A stretch of 44,698 nucleotides of DNA from Bacilli bacterium. Its GTDB lineage: Bacteria > Bacillota_I > Bacilli_A > RF39 > UBA660. The notes below the pieces were generated by a model, which was given only the letters and a program-made list of their open reading frames with translations, searched no databases and had not been told where the DNA came from. Shown here piece after piece: positions 16,829-26,339 of this stretch. The position numbers were made by a program, and so were the translations under genes. The stretch spans positions 1-44,698 of the forward strand of contig JAFUYX010000061.1 in the NCBI GenBank assembly GCA_017476885.1. The letters are read 5' to 3'. How positions within the stretch are numbered: the stretch's first letter is position 1; every line of letters begins with the position of its first letter.

Positions 16829-17896
16829 TTGATACCGAAAAAAATTGTTCAAATATTAACGACTTTAGAGAAAAATGGGTTTGAAGCCTACATAGTGGGT
16901 GGTTTTGTAAGAGATACATTATTCTACAAAAAAACAAACGACATTGACATTGCTACAAACGCACTTCCAAAAGATTTAATTCAGATTTTTGGACCTCCAA
17001 AAAGAAAAATCGAATATGGTTCTTATCATCTACATATAGAAAGTTATACCATCGATATTACTACCTATCGAAGAGAAAATGAATATGAAGATGGAAAACC
17101 TCTCGATTTTTCATACAGCAACAATTTACTAGAAGACGCCAAAAGAAGAGATTTTACCATGAATGCCATGTATATGAATAAAACAGGTAAGATTTTAGAT
17201 CCATATAAAGGAAGAGTCGATATCGATTGCAAGACATTAAAGATGATTGGAAATCCAAGAGTCCGCTTTCAAGAAGATCCCAGCCGTATGATAAGAGCCG
17301 TGCGTTTTGCCAGCGTATATCATCTAAAATTAGATAGAACGTTAAAAGAGGCGATTCAAAAGGAAAAAAAGAATCTAAGCAAAGTTCCAACCTCATTATT
17401 AAGAAAAGAATTAGATTGTATTCTTCTTTCCAATGGATTTCATATATTAAAGAGTTTAGGACTACTAAATGTGCTAGAAATCCAAAATAAGAACTTAGTT
17501 TATGTAGAAGATATTTCAGGTCTTTGGGCTCAGATCAAAACAAAGAAAGAATACATTACAGAAAAATCTTTAAAAAAGAATCAAAAAGAGATTTCAGAAA
17601 TGTTGAAATGTGGTACAATTAGTATGCTTGACTTATATAGGTATGGTCTCTTTGAATGTCGAGTAGCAGCAAGCATTATGCATTTTCCAATGCGAAAACT
17701 AAGTACAATGATTCAAAAATTACCTATTTTAAGCCGAAAAGATATCGTATTGACTTCTGAAGAAATCAAGGAGTTCAGTCATCAAGAAGGAAAAGCACTA
17801 GGTAATCTTCTCCAAGAAATCGAAGAAAATATGGTTCAGGGCAAGATAGAAAATACAAAGGAGAGTATTATCAAATACATTCAAAGGAGAGGGTAG
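16829..17896 (+). CDS. cca: CCA-adding tRNA nucleotidyltransferase
   Basis: GGFVRD..DIDIAT, RRDFTMNAM, EDPSRMIRAVRF. TTG start 6 nt after AGGTGA; TATAAT at 16806-16811. Confidence 0.85.
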   Translation: MIPKKIVQILTTLEKNGFEAYIVGGFVRDTLFYKKTNDIDIATNALPKDLIQIFGPPKRKIEYGSYHLHIESYTIDITTYRRENEYEDGKPLDFSYSNNLLEDAKRRDFTMNAMYMNKTGKILDPYKGRVDIDCKTLKMIGNPRVRFQEDPSRMIRAVRFASVYHLKLDRTLKEAIQKEKKNLSKVPTSLLRKELDCILLSNGFHILKSLGLLNVLEIQNKNLVYVEDISGLWAQIKTKKEYITEKSLKKNQKEISEMLKCGTISMLDLYRYGLFECRVAASIMHFPMRKLSTMIQKLPILSRKDIVLTSEEIKEFSHQEGKALGNLLQEIEENMVQGKIENTKESIIKYIQRRG

Positions 17897-17898
17897 TT

Positions 17899-18534
17899 AT
17901 GCCAAATATTGAATTTTTAACAGAAAGAAGATTTACACTTTCATCGCATTTAATTCAAATCGCTTTAGCAAATAATCTATCCTTAATAGAATTTTTGCTC
18001 CTTATGTATTTTGAGGATTCCACAGATAAAACGTTAAATGTTGCCTCAATCTGTGAAGCACTTAGTTTAAATGAAAAAGAGGTGCTAGACGCATTTGATC
18101 ATTTATTAGCCTTAAATCTAGTGGAATTAGATACCAAAAAAGATCATCACAACAAACATTGTGAAGAGATAAGCTTAATTCCTTTATATAAAAATCTGTT
18201 TGAAAAATTAGAGCAAAAAAATCAAGATAAGAAAAAAGAATCCATTTTTGATTTATTTCAAAAAGAACTCGGAAGAAATATTTCACCAATGGAATATGAA
18301 ATCATTAATGCATGGTTAGAAAAAGGCTTCAGTGAAGACTTAGTTACAGGCGCATTAAAAGAAGCGGTATATAATGGGGTGAGCAGTTTAAGATATATTG
18401 ATAAGATTTTATATGAATGGCAAAAGAAAGGCTATCATTCCTACAAAGATGTGGAAAGAGGATTGTACAAGAAAAGAAAAGAAGAAACCACAGCGGATTT
18501 GTTCGATTATAATTGGTTAGATGATGAAGAATAA
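17899..18534 (+). CDS. dnaD: replication initiation/membrane attachment protein DnaD
   Basis: C-terminal DnaB_2/DnaD repeat (EIINAWLEKGFSEDLV..YIDKILYEWQKKGYHS). Conserved position upstream of nth. Confidence 0.8.
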   Translation: MPNIEFLTERRFTLSSHLIQIALANNLSLIEFLLLMYFEDSTDKTLNVASICEALSLNEKEVLDAFDHLLALNLVELDTKKDHHNKHCEEISLIPLYKNLFEKLEQKNQDKKKESIFDLFQKELGRNISPMEYEIINAWLEKGFSEDLVTGALKEAVYNGVSSLRYIDKILYEWQKKGYHSYKDVERGLYKKRKEETTADLFDYNWLDDEE

Positions 18535-19153
18535 AGTTATGGAACTCATCTCTTATTTAGAGGAACTCTATCCCCATGCAAGATGTGAATTATCTTATCA
18601 AAAAGATTATGAACTATTAATTGCCACAGTCCTCTCAGCCCAATGTACAGATAAAAGAGTCAATCAAGTAACAAAAGTACTATGGGAAAACTACACGATA
18701 GAAACACTTGCAACAGCAGAAAAAAAAGACATTGAAAAAATCATCCATTCTCTTGGCTCCAGCAACAAAAAATCAGAGTATATCATTGATATTGCCAGAA
18801 GACTTGTCAGCGACTATGAAGGAAAAGTTCCCAATGATAGAAAGTATTTAGAGTCTTTAAAAGGAGTAGGAAGAAAGACTTGCAATGTCGTTCTTTCTAA
18901 TCTTTATGATGTGCCAGCTATCGCCGTAGATACACATGTAAGCAGAGTGTCAAAAAGGTTAGGACTTGCAAAAGAAGAAGATGAAGTACTCACCATTGAA
19001 CAAAAATTGATGAGAAAATTTCCAAAAGAAAAATGGAGTAAACTCCATCATCAACTAGTTTTATTTGGAAGATATCAATGCAAAGCAGTTCATCCAATCT
19101 GTACAAATTGCAAACTACAAGAATACTGCAATTATGCTAAGAAAAAGAAATGA
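18521..19153 (+). CDS. nth: endonuclease III
   Basis: HhH-GPD motif LKGVGRKTCNVVL..VDTHV. C-terminal 4Fe-4S cluster C..C..C..C. Confidence 0.93.
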   Translation: MMKNKVMELISYLEELYPHARCELSYQKDYELLIATVLSAQCTDKRVNQVTKVLWENYTIETLATAEKKDIEKIIHSLGSSNKKSEYIIDIARRLVSDYEGKVPNDRKYLESLKGVGRKTCNVVLSNLYDVPAIAVDTHVSRVSKRLGLAKEEDEVLTIEQKLMRKFPKEKWSKLHHQLVLFGRYQCKAVHPICTNCKLQEYCNYAKKKK

Positions 19154-19178
19154 GTGTATAAAACCCATTTCTTTTTTT
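19145..19178. terminator. terminator between nth and ponA
   Basis: aagaaatg-(13 nt)-catttctt followed by TTTTT. Confidence 0.45.
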
Positions 19179-22005
19179 AACTACAACTATTTGCTACTTT
19201 TAATTTTAAAGTAACTTGTTCATTTTCACCTTCATAAGTAACGGAAATAGTAACATTTTGTTCTCGCTCTTTAGATGTATCCACACTATTTGAAGTGACA
19301 ACAGCGCCACTAGCAACATTGGAACCATTATAAGTAATAGTAATAAAGTTCTTTGGTTGGAATTCTTCTCCGACTTTAATACAACTTCCTTTTGTCGCTA
19401 CTTTTAATCCTGTTGCTTGAGGAGCTGGAGCAGCAGATTCAATCTTAGCACTCGCCTCAATTCCTCCAGATTGGTTATCCTTGAAAATAGAGTAAGAACT
19501 ACGAACAACAAATGTATAACTTCCACTGGAAGGAGCCTTATAAGTATACGATGTTTTTTCAGTCCATCCAAGACTTGATAGGTTTCCTTTACTATCTTTT
19601 AAATAGATTTGATATCCAAATGCCCCAAGATTAGATTGAATGACCTGTTCATACAAACGCATATACTCTTTTTCAAATAAAGAATAACTATAAGAATATT
19701 GGCGTTTAAAATCACTGAAATAATTCGTAAATTCTTTCTTAGCAGCCTCTAAATCAAGCACAGCAGGAGTAGAAGCAGCATTCCATGAAACGGTAATTGT
19801 ATTGCCACTAACACTAGTATGAATATTAGATGGACTACTTAACGTAGCAAATCGGTTTGAAGTATCTCCAGGTTCAGTACCTTCTTTAAATAAAGAGGTT
19901 TTCTTCATATTGCTTGGAGTATTTTCACTCGCACGTTTCGTTGGTAGAGTATAAGCCTCAATCGTTACAGACTTCACAGAACTTGGTTGAGTAAATGCTT
20001 CATTCTTCGTTAAGATTCGATTGGCAAGGAAAGCACTGATGGTTCCTCTTGGACCAGAACCAGTAGGAGTTGTTAAATAGTGCCCTGGACCTAAATCGTC
20101 ATAATCATGACCAAGCCACATTGAAATTGCATATTGATTGTTATAAGTATTAACCCAATGGTCTGGAGTAGCATAAACACTAATATTCTTTGCTTCTGCT
20201 AATGAGGTATCAACATTGGATGTACCAGATTTTGAAGCAATAGATCCTTTGAGATTGGCAGAAATTGGACCCCCTACGTTTTCTCTAGTTGCTTGAAGTA
20301 AAATATCCGTAATCATGTAAGCCGTTGCCTCACTCATAGCTCTTTTCTTTTCGTATTTATGTTCAATGGTTTCTTCCGTTTGCTTATTAAAGATCTTAGA
20401 GTAACTATAAGGTTCTATATAATATCCTCCTCGAGCAAACGCAGCATATGCTGCAGAGTTTTCAAGAGGGCTCAATTGAATGGCTCCTCCAATCGAAGAA
20501 GATTCAAATACTCGTTCAGTATTATTATTAAAATTAATATCTTTAAATCCTAAGTTCGTTAAGAAAGTTTTAATATCTTCATTTTTGTTTTGGTGGAAAG
20601 CTTGAAGTGCCGTCACATTTCGAGACTGTGATAAAGCATCCTTCATCGTCATTACACCACGAAATCCATTATCCCAGTTGTTAATATAACTACCTTGATT
20701 ATAAGGATATCTAAAATCTATAAACATTTGCATGGTATTCGCATTCTTATATTCTATTAATGGACCATAGTCAACAAGAGGTTTTGCAGTAGACCCTGGC
20801 TGATGTCTTTGAGTTGCCCAGTTATATGCTTGTGGAGAATAATTTCTTCCAGGCCCCATCGCTACAATAGCACCATTATCTACGGAAGTAACAGCAATTC
20901 CTAAATTCAATTTATCATCGGTAAAGGTATATGCTTGTCCCATCTCAGCAGCATTAACCACATCCTGAATGCCTTTATCAAAAGTAGTATAAACTTCATA
21001 ACCTCCATACCAAAGGTCAATATTTTCCTTATCTTCAATTTCATCAACTACGTAATCAATTAATGCTTGATATGGATTTGAAGCAACCGTTTTTTCTTCA
21101 ACCGGTTTTAATAAACTTTTTACATGGATACTTTGAGCAATTTTCATTTCTTCTTCAGTGATATATCCGTGTCTATTCATAAGAGAAAGAACGGTATTTT
21201 TTCGATTATTGGAAGCTTCTGGATGATAATAAGGATTGTATAGAGTAGAAGCATTAAGCATTCCAATTAAAGTGGCAGCCTCTGGTAAAGAAAGGTCAGA
21301 AACACTTTTTCCAAAGAAGAGTTGACTGGCTCTTTCAATTCCAACAGTACCAGAAGTATTGGTTCCATCTCCACCAGCAAAAGGATAAGAATTTAAATAC
21401 ATTTCGATAATTTGCTCTTTCGTATAATTCTTTTCAATCTTAAATACGGCCATATAGATATCTTTAAACTTACGAATAATTCCTGCAAGACCAGAATCTT
21501 CCGTTCCATTAAAATTGTTTTTAGCAAGCTGCATGGAAAGCGTAGAAGCACCACCAGCACCACTTTGACCTAAAGCTTGACCCGCACTTGCCTTTATGAA
21601 ACGGGCAGCATCAAATCCAGAGTGTTGGAAAAATCTAGCATCCTCAGTTGCCACCAAAGCATCAACAAGAACTTGAGGAAAATCCTCATAGTTTTTAATC
21701 ACTAAATCTTCCGCCCCAAACCTTGTTAAAACAGAGCCATCCGCCCAGTAAATAACCGTACCATCTTTCTTATAAAGCTTTTGGGTTGTAAATTCTGGAG
21801 AAGTAAAGACAATATAAAGACTAAATGCAATGGATACACTAGCAATAGCAATTCCAAGAGTAATAAATAGAATCGCAATCACACTCCAAACTCTGCCTTT
21901 TCTCTTCTTTCTCACTTTTTTCTTCTTTTCTTTCTTTTCTTTTTTCTCACTTTTTAAAGTTTCTTTCATATCATGAATACTTTTAAGTTTCAATTTCTTT
22001 GCCAT
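19177..22005 (-). CDS. ponA: bifunctional class A penicillin-binding protein (PBP1A/1B) with C-terminal Ig/FN3-like extension
   Basis: GT51 motifs EDARFFQHSG, GGSTLSMQLAKN; transpeptidase SGTSN/KSGT. Lys-rich cytoplasmic tail plus TM. Overlaps the recU stop. Confidence 0.93.
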   Translation of the reverse strand: MAKKLKLKSIHDMKETLKSEKKEKKEKKKKVRKKRKGRVWSVIAILFITLGIAIASVSIAFSLYIVFTSPEFTTQKLYKKDGTVIYWADGSVLTRFGAEDLVIKNYEDFPQVLVDALVATEDARFFQHSGFDAARFIKASAGQALGQSGAGGASTLSMQLAKNNFNGTEDSGLAGIIRKFKDIYMAVFKIEKNYTKEQIIEMYLNSYPFAGGDGTNTSGTVGIERASQLFFGKSVSDLSLPEAATLIGMLNASTLYNPYYHPEASNNRKNTVLSLMNRHGYITEEEMKIAQSIHVKSLLKPVEEKTVASNPYQALIDYVVDEIEDKENIDLWYGGYEVYTTFDKGIQDVVNAAEMGQAYTFTDDKLNLGIAVTSVDNGAIVAMGPGRNYSPQAYNWATQRHQPGSTAKPLVDYGPLIEYKNANTMQMFIDFRYPYNQGSYINNWDNGFRGVMTMKDALSQSRNVTALQAFHQNKNEDIKTFLTNLGFKDINFNNNTERVFESSSIGGAIQLSPLENSAAYAAFARGGYYIEPYSYSKIFNKQTEETIEHKYEKKRAMSEATAYMITDILLQATRENVGGPISANLKGSIASKSGTSNVDTSLAEAKNISVYATPDHWVNTYNNQYAISMWLGHDYDDLGPGHYLTTPTGSGPRGTISAFLANRILTKNEAFTQPSSVKSVTIEAYTLPTKRASENTPSNMKKTSLFKEGTEPGDTSNRFATLSSPSNIHTSVSGNTITVSWNAASTPAVLDLEAAKKEFTNYFSDFKRQYSYSYSLFEKEYMRLYEQVIQSNLGAFGYQIYLKDSKGNLSSLGWTEKTSYTYKAPSSGSYTFVVRSSYSIFKDNQSGGIEASAKIESAAPAPQATGLKVATKGSCIKVGEEFQPKNFITITYNGSNVASGAVVTSNSVDTSKEREQNVTISVTYEGENEQVTLKLKVANSCS

Positions 22006-22568
22006 GAATATGCTCCTTTCAAATAAATTTTATCTACCACATCCAAATAAGGAAGTGCAGGTTGATATCCTTCTTTTAAAACGTATCCTTTTTCACATAA
22101 ATAGGAATAAGGAATACTCTTACGACTATGCTGATCAAGAAAATCTACAAAATCTTCTCCTTTTAAAAGATAGACCAGCGAATTCATTTTAATAATAATA
22201 AAACAAATGGCCCCATGTTTTAAGACCTTTCTAATATAGGAAATCTGATGCTCATGAAAATTAGAGAGAGGGAAAGAAGTTTTGCTCTGACATTCCTTAG
22301 CCTCAAATTCAATATATTTTCCCTTATAAACCCCATTGTAATCTAGTGTGGAAGGTGCTTTAAAATAACCATTTTTAATCACTCTTCCTTTTGGGGTATA
22401 AACAGCCTCACTAATACCAATAGGGGTAGGTTTCTTGAAAATTAATGCGACATCTTTTTCAGCATAATACTCATTAGTTTCATTCAAAAGCCCCTCCAGA
22501 GCCATTCCACGGTTGGAATAAGAAATAATTCCTTTTTGTTTCTTTTGAATATTATTTGGATAGAGCAT
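21990..22568 (-). CDS. recU: Holliday junction resolvase RecU
   Basis: YSNRGMALEGLLNETNEYY..DYNGVYKGKYIEFEAKE. Conserved recU-ponA pairing. Confidence 0.93.
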   Translation of the reverse strand: MLYPNNIQKKQKGIISYSNRGMALEGLLNETNEYYAEKDVALIFKKPTPIGISEAVYTPKGRVIKNGYFKAPSTLDYNGVYKGKYIEFEAKECQSKTSFPLSNFHEHQISYIRKVLKHGAICFIIIKMNSLVYLLKGEDFVDFLDQHSRKSIPYSYLCEKGYVLKEGYQPALPYLDVVDKIYLKGAYSWQRN

Positions 22569-22740
22569 ATCAAGTCACCTAAAATAATTATACTATAAAA
22601 GAGAAAAAAAAGATAATATTAATTGAGTCAAAAAAACGTTTTACACATGGAAGTGTCAAGTTTTTAAAAATATTTGATAGTTTTTGTCGAATCACCTGAC
22701 AAAAAAGCGAAAATAAAGTAGGCTAAAAAAGGTGATGAAA

Positions 22741-22866
22741 ATGAATCAAATAACAATTTTAAACAAAATTCTTGAAACCATTGACGAGATTGATATTTCT
22801 TTAGTGGAAATCGCATTGAACCAAGTATTATTGGAAAAAGAAGAAAATATTTCTCGACCTACCTAG
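22741..22866 (+). CDS. possible small acidic protein (41 aa)
   Basis: MNQITILNKILETIDEIDISLVEIALNQVLLEKEENISRPT, preceded by AAAAAGGTGA. Below the ORF-track cutoff. Confidence 0.3.
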   Translation: MNQITILNKILETIDEIDISLVEIALNQVLLEKEENISRPT

Positions 22867-22883
22867 ACCAATTCTATTTTTTT

Positions 22884-22892
22884 TGATATAAT
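22884..22892 (+). promoter_or_regulatory. extended -10 promoter element TGaTATAAT
   Basis: TG at 22884-22885, TATAAT at 22887-22892, upstream of the 22921 ORF. Confidence 0.35.
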
Positions 22893-22920
22893 GTTAAAAG
22901 GAGTAGAAGGGTGATTATAG

Positions 22921-23307
22921 ATGTTCCATACAGGTAAATTACAAAAATACAACTTAACTAGCAATGGCTCTTATGTTGGACTCGTGTCATATAATCCAAA
23001 TGCAAATTTCAAAAATATCTATGCTCGCCCGATGTATCGAAATGGAGCCGTAGAAATCTTAAGTGTTGGTACCATCAACTACGCAGCATTGGATGAGTTT
23101 ATAACAAAATCATTAACAGCCTACTATCAATCCATTGAAACCATCAAAAAACAAGAAGAAAAAAATCGGATGCTAGTGGAGTACCAACAACTCTATTATC
23201 TATGGCAAACCATATATACAGCCAAACAAAATAATGACGTAAATCTCCCAGCATATTACGATGATTTAATCTATCGTCTCTATCTCCTAGGGTACAAAAC
23301 TACCTAG
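22921..23307 (+). CDS. hypothetical protein (128 aa)
   Basis: ORF with RBS AAAGGAG and its own promoter. No motif recognised. Confidence 0.55.
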   Translation: MFHTGKLQKYNLTSNGSYVGLVSYNPNANFKNIYARPMYRNGAVEILSVGTINYAALDEFITKSLTAYYQSIETIKKQEEKNRMLVEYQQLYYLWQTIYTAKQNNDVNLPAYYDDLIYRLYLLGYKTT

Positions 23308-23317
23308 GATTTTTTTA
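23285..23317 (+). terminator. terminator overlapping the stop of the 128-aa ORF
   Basis: tcctagg-(11 nt)-cctagga followed by TTTTTTT. Confidence 0.45.
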
Positions 23318-23329
23318 TCTTGTTTTTTA

Positions 23330-23338
23330 TGATATAAT
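23330..23338 (+). promoter_or_regulatory. extended -10 promoter element TGaTATAAT
   Basis: TG at 23330-23331, TATAAT at 23333-23338. Confidence 0.35.
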
Positions 23339-23357
23339 AAAAGAACAGGTGAGAAGT

Positions 23358-23990
23358 ATGACATTTGAAATGGAAGGAAATCAAATTGCAGTAGTAATCA
23401 AAAGAAAAAACAACAAAAATGTATATATGCGTTTTCAAGAGGATGACACTCTTCTTGTAACCTGCAATTCCTGGGTTTCATTAAAAAAAATCGAACGTAT
23501 TTTAGAAGAAAACCGTTCTTCTTTAATGAAAATGTGGAAACATCACGAAACTATAAAAGCAAAAGAAAGGATGTTTTTCTACCTTGGAAAACCTTACGAG
23601 ATTTGTTTTAATGAGGAATACAAAAGTGTCGAAATCACTTCAGATAAGATCTACTGCAAAAACCAAAAACAATTAGAATTATTCTATAAAAAAGAGTGTC
23701 TAAGAGTTTTTGAAAGTGAATTAAATCGAATCGTTCCATATTTCCATAATATTCCCAAATTTACTTTAAGAATTAGAAAAATGAAAACAAGATGGGGAGT
23801 CAATAATTTAAGCAGCCACACAATTACTTTGAACTCAGAACTTTTAAAGAAAGACCTAGATTTAATTGATTATGTCATTATCCATGAACTTTGTCACTTC
23901 TATCATCAAAATCATAGTAAAAACTTTTGGGATGCCGTAGAAATGTTCTATCCTAAATATAAAGAAGCTCGGAAAAGATTGAGAGGTTAA
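23358..23990 (+). CDS. YgjP-like (DUF45/M48-type) metal-dependent hydrolase
   Basis: Zinc motif HELCHFYHQNHSKNFW near the C-terminus; typical about 210-aa size. ATG at 23358 follows AGGTGAG. Confidence 0.8.
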   Translation: MTFEMEGNQIAVVIKRKNNKNVYMRFQEDDTLLVTCNSWVSLKKIERILEENRSSLMKMWKHHETIKAKERMFFYLGKPYEICFNEEYKSVEITSDKIYCKNQKQLELFYKKECLRVFESELNRIVPYFHNIPKFTLRIRKMKTRWGVNNLSSHTITLNSELLKKDLDLIDYVIIHELCHFYHQNHSKNFWDAVEMFYPKYKEARKRLRG

Positions 23991-23993
23991 AAT

Positions 23994-24719
23994 ATGAAAA
24001 TTGAATCACTTCAAAATGAGCATGTCAAAGAACTGGCAAAATTAAAAGAAAAAAAATATAGAGACCAAGAAGGTCTATTCCTTGTAGAAGGAGATCATCT
24101 AGTGAAAGAAGCATTAAAATATGCAAGCGTCAAAGAAGTATTAAGTTTAGAAAAAAAAGAGATACCAGTATTAAATACTTTAGTAACAGAAGCCATCTTA
24201 AAAAAAATCTCTTCTCAAGTAAGTCCACCTCAAGAAATAGCGGTGGTAGAAAAACTAAAAGAACTCCCTTTGAAAGGAGATATTCTATTTTTAGATGGCA
24301 TTCAAGATCCAGGAAATCTAGGAACCATCATTCGTTCTGCAGTGGCATTTCATTTAAAAAATATTGTGCTAAGTACCACATGTGTAGATGTTTATAATGA
24401 AAAAGTCATTCGTTCTACCGAAGGAATGATTTTCCAAGTAAATATTATGCGAAGAGAAACGGAGACCTTTTTAAAACAAATAAAAAGTCAAGGATATCGC
24501 ATCTATGGAAGTGATGTTGTAAAAGGAACTTGTCTAGAACAGCTCAATTTTCAAGGGGATAATTGCTTTATCATTGGGAGCGAAGGAATGGGAATGAGCG
24601 TAACAGCAAGAAATTATTGTGATCAAAATTTCTATATTCGTATGTCTAAGTCATGCGAAAGTTTGAACGCTGGTGTAGCCTCTTCCATTCTCTTATATGA
24701 AAGGAGCAAACACTTATGA
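23994..24719 (+). CDS. TrmH/SpoU-family RNA 2'-O-methyltransferase
   Basis: SPOUT motifs GIQDPGNLGTIIRSA, IIGSEGMGMS, SLNAGVASSILLYE. Confidence 0.85.
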   Translation: MKIESLQNEHVKELAKLKEKKYRDQEGLFLVEGDHLVKEALKYASVKEVLSLEKKEIPVLNTLVTEAILKKISSQVSPPQEIAVVEKLKELPLKGDILFLDGIQDPGNLGTIIRSAVAFHLKNIVLSTTCVDVYNEKVIRSTEGMIFQVNIMRRETETFLKQIKSQGYRIYGSDVVKGTCLEQLNFQGDNCFIIGSEGMGMSVTARNYCDQNFYIRMSKSCESLNAGVASSILLYERSKHL

Positions 24720-25192
24720 TTGTAGTAGGACACATTACAACAACTCACGGAATCAAAGGAGAACTCAAGTGTTATACTGACTTTTCTAGACAAGACTTAG
24801 TATTTCACGAAAATCAAAAAGTGTATATTAATGGAAAAGAACATATATTAACAAGCCTTCGTACCCATAAGAATCATTATTTAATTACACTAGATGATTT
24901 AAGAGATATTAATCTTGTGGAAGACTTCCGAAACCAAGATATTACTGTAAAAAGAGAGGACTTAAAACTAGATAAAGAAGAGTATCTCATCGAAGAATTA
25001 GAAACGTGTTCTGTCTATGAAGATGAAATTTATCTTGGAGAAATCAAAGAAATTGGATATAATAAAAGTGGATACTTATTAAGTGTGAAAAAAGACAAAA
25101 CTTTTTACATTCCATTCCAGGATTATTTTATTAAAAAAGTCAATTTGGAAGAAAAAAAAGTGACTGTTCAAAATACGAAAGGACTATGGTAG
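24716..25192 (+). CDS. rimM: 16S rRNA processing protein RimM
   Basis: VGHITTTHGIKGELK N-terminus, PRC-barrel C-terminus, position upstream of trmD. ATGA overlap with the upstream gene. Confidence 0.85.
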   Translation: MIVVGHITTTHGIKGELKCYTDFSRQDLVFHENQKVYINGKEHILTSLRTHKNHYLITLDDLRDINLVEDFRNQDITVKREDLKLDKEEYLIEELETCSVYEDEIYLGEIKEIGYNKSGYLLSVKKDKTFYIPFQDYFIKKVNLEEKKVTVQNTKGLW

Positions 25193-25870
25193 ATGAGAAT
25201 CGATATATTAACTTTATTTCCCTCCATGTTTGAAGGTGTTTTTCAAGAGTCTATCATCAAAAGAGCCATTCAAGAAAAAAAAGTAGAAATCAATATTATT
25301 AATTTTAGAGAGTATTCTACTTTAAACAATCATCAAGTCGATGATACTCCCTATGGTGGAGGAGCAGGAATGGTACTTCGATGTGAACCCCTAGTCAGTG
25401 CCATTGAGAGTGTCAAAAAAGAAAATACAAAAGTGTATTTAATGACCCCTCAAGGAGTTCCATACAAACAAGAACTGGCAAATTCCTTAGCAAAAGAGAG
25501 TCATATCGTTTTAGTATGTGGACATTACGAAGGATTTGATGAGAGAATAAAAAATTTCTGCGATGGGGAAATCTCAATTGGGGACTACGTTTTAACAGGA
25601 GGAGAAATCCCAGCTATGGCTATAACAGACTCGATAGTAAGACTTCTTCCTGGAGTCATCAAACAAGAGTCCTATGAAAGTGATTCTTTTCAAGGAGATT
25701 TACTGGATTATCCAACATACACTAAGCCATATGAGTTTCGAGGATACAAAGTCCCAGAGGTGCTTGTCTCTGGAAATCATCAAAAGATCAGAGAATGGAG
25801 AGAACAAGCAAGAATTGAAAATACAAAAGAAAAGAGAAGGGATTTATTAGATTTCAAGGAAGTGGAATAA
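25193..25870 (+). CDS. trmD: tRNA (guanine37-N1)-methyltransferase TrmD
   Basis: MRIDILTLFPSMF.., PYGGGAGMVL, CGHYEGFDERI, SIGDYVLTGGE. Confidence 0.96.
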   Translation: MRIDILTLFPSMFEGVFQESIIKRAIQEKKVEINIINFREYSTLNNHQVDDTPYGGGAGMVLRCEPLVSAIESVKKENTKVYLMTPQGVPYKQELANSLAKESHIVLVCGHYEGFDERIKNFCDGEISIGDYVLTGGEIPAMAITDSIVRLLPGVIKQESYESDSFQGDLLDYPTYTKPYEFRGYKVPEVLVSGNHQKIREWREQARIENTKEKRRDLLDFKEVE

Positions 25871-25871
25871 A

Positions 25872-26339
25872 ATGAATACATATGCAATTCAAAAAGATGT
25901 GAGTAATAAAAGAGTAGGAAGAAAGAAAATGGTAATTGGTGGATATGAGATGAAGCCAAACCTAAAAAAACATCCTTCTATGGTGAGTGTGGACCATGTC
26001 ACTATCGTCTCTCCTAATCTGTATGAAAATACTCTTTTAAAACAATTTAGAATCGCTTATAAAAAACTATTTAAAAAAGTGATTCTAGTATTAGAAGAAG
26101 ATAGTACAGGAACAGATAGTGCTCTAGCTCTAGATGAAGTGGCCAAAATGAAAGCCATTTTAAAAGAAAAATACAAACACCACGTTTCAAAAAAAGAATA
26201 CCATAAGATGTGGAAAAAATTATCCATTTTACAAAGTGAATTGCAGCAAAAACAAGAAATGATCAGAAATATCGATCTTCTCATGAAATCTTTTATGATG
26301 CAAAATAACTATGAAGAAGAAAGGGGCAAGAGCAGGTAA
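25872..26339 (+). CDS. hypothetical protein (155 aa, basic, coiled-coil C-terminus)
   Basis: Begins 1 nt after the trmD stop and ends in a TAATG overlap with the next gene. No motif recognised. Confidence 0.5.
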   Translation: MNTYAIQKDVSNKRVGRKKMVIGGYEMKPNLKKHPSMVSVDHVTIVSPNLYENTLLKQFRIAYKKLFKKVILVLEEDSTGTDSALALDEVAKMKAILKEKYKHHVSKKEYHKMWKKLSILQSELQQKQEMIRNIDLLMKSFMMQNNYEEERGKSR

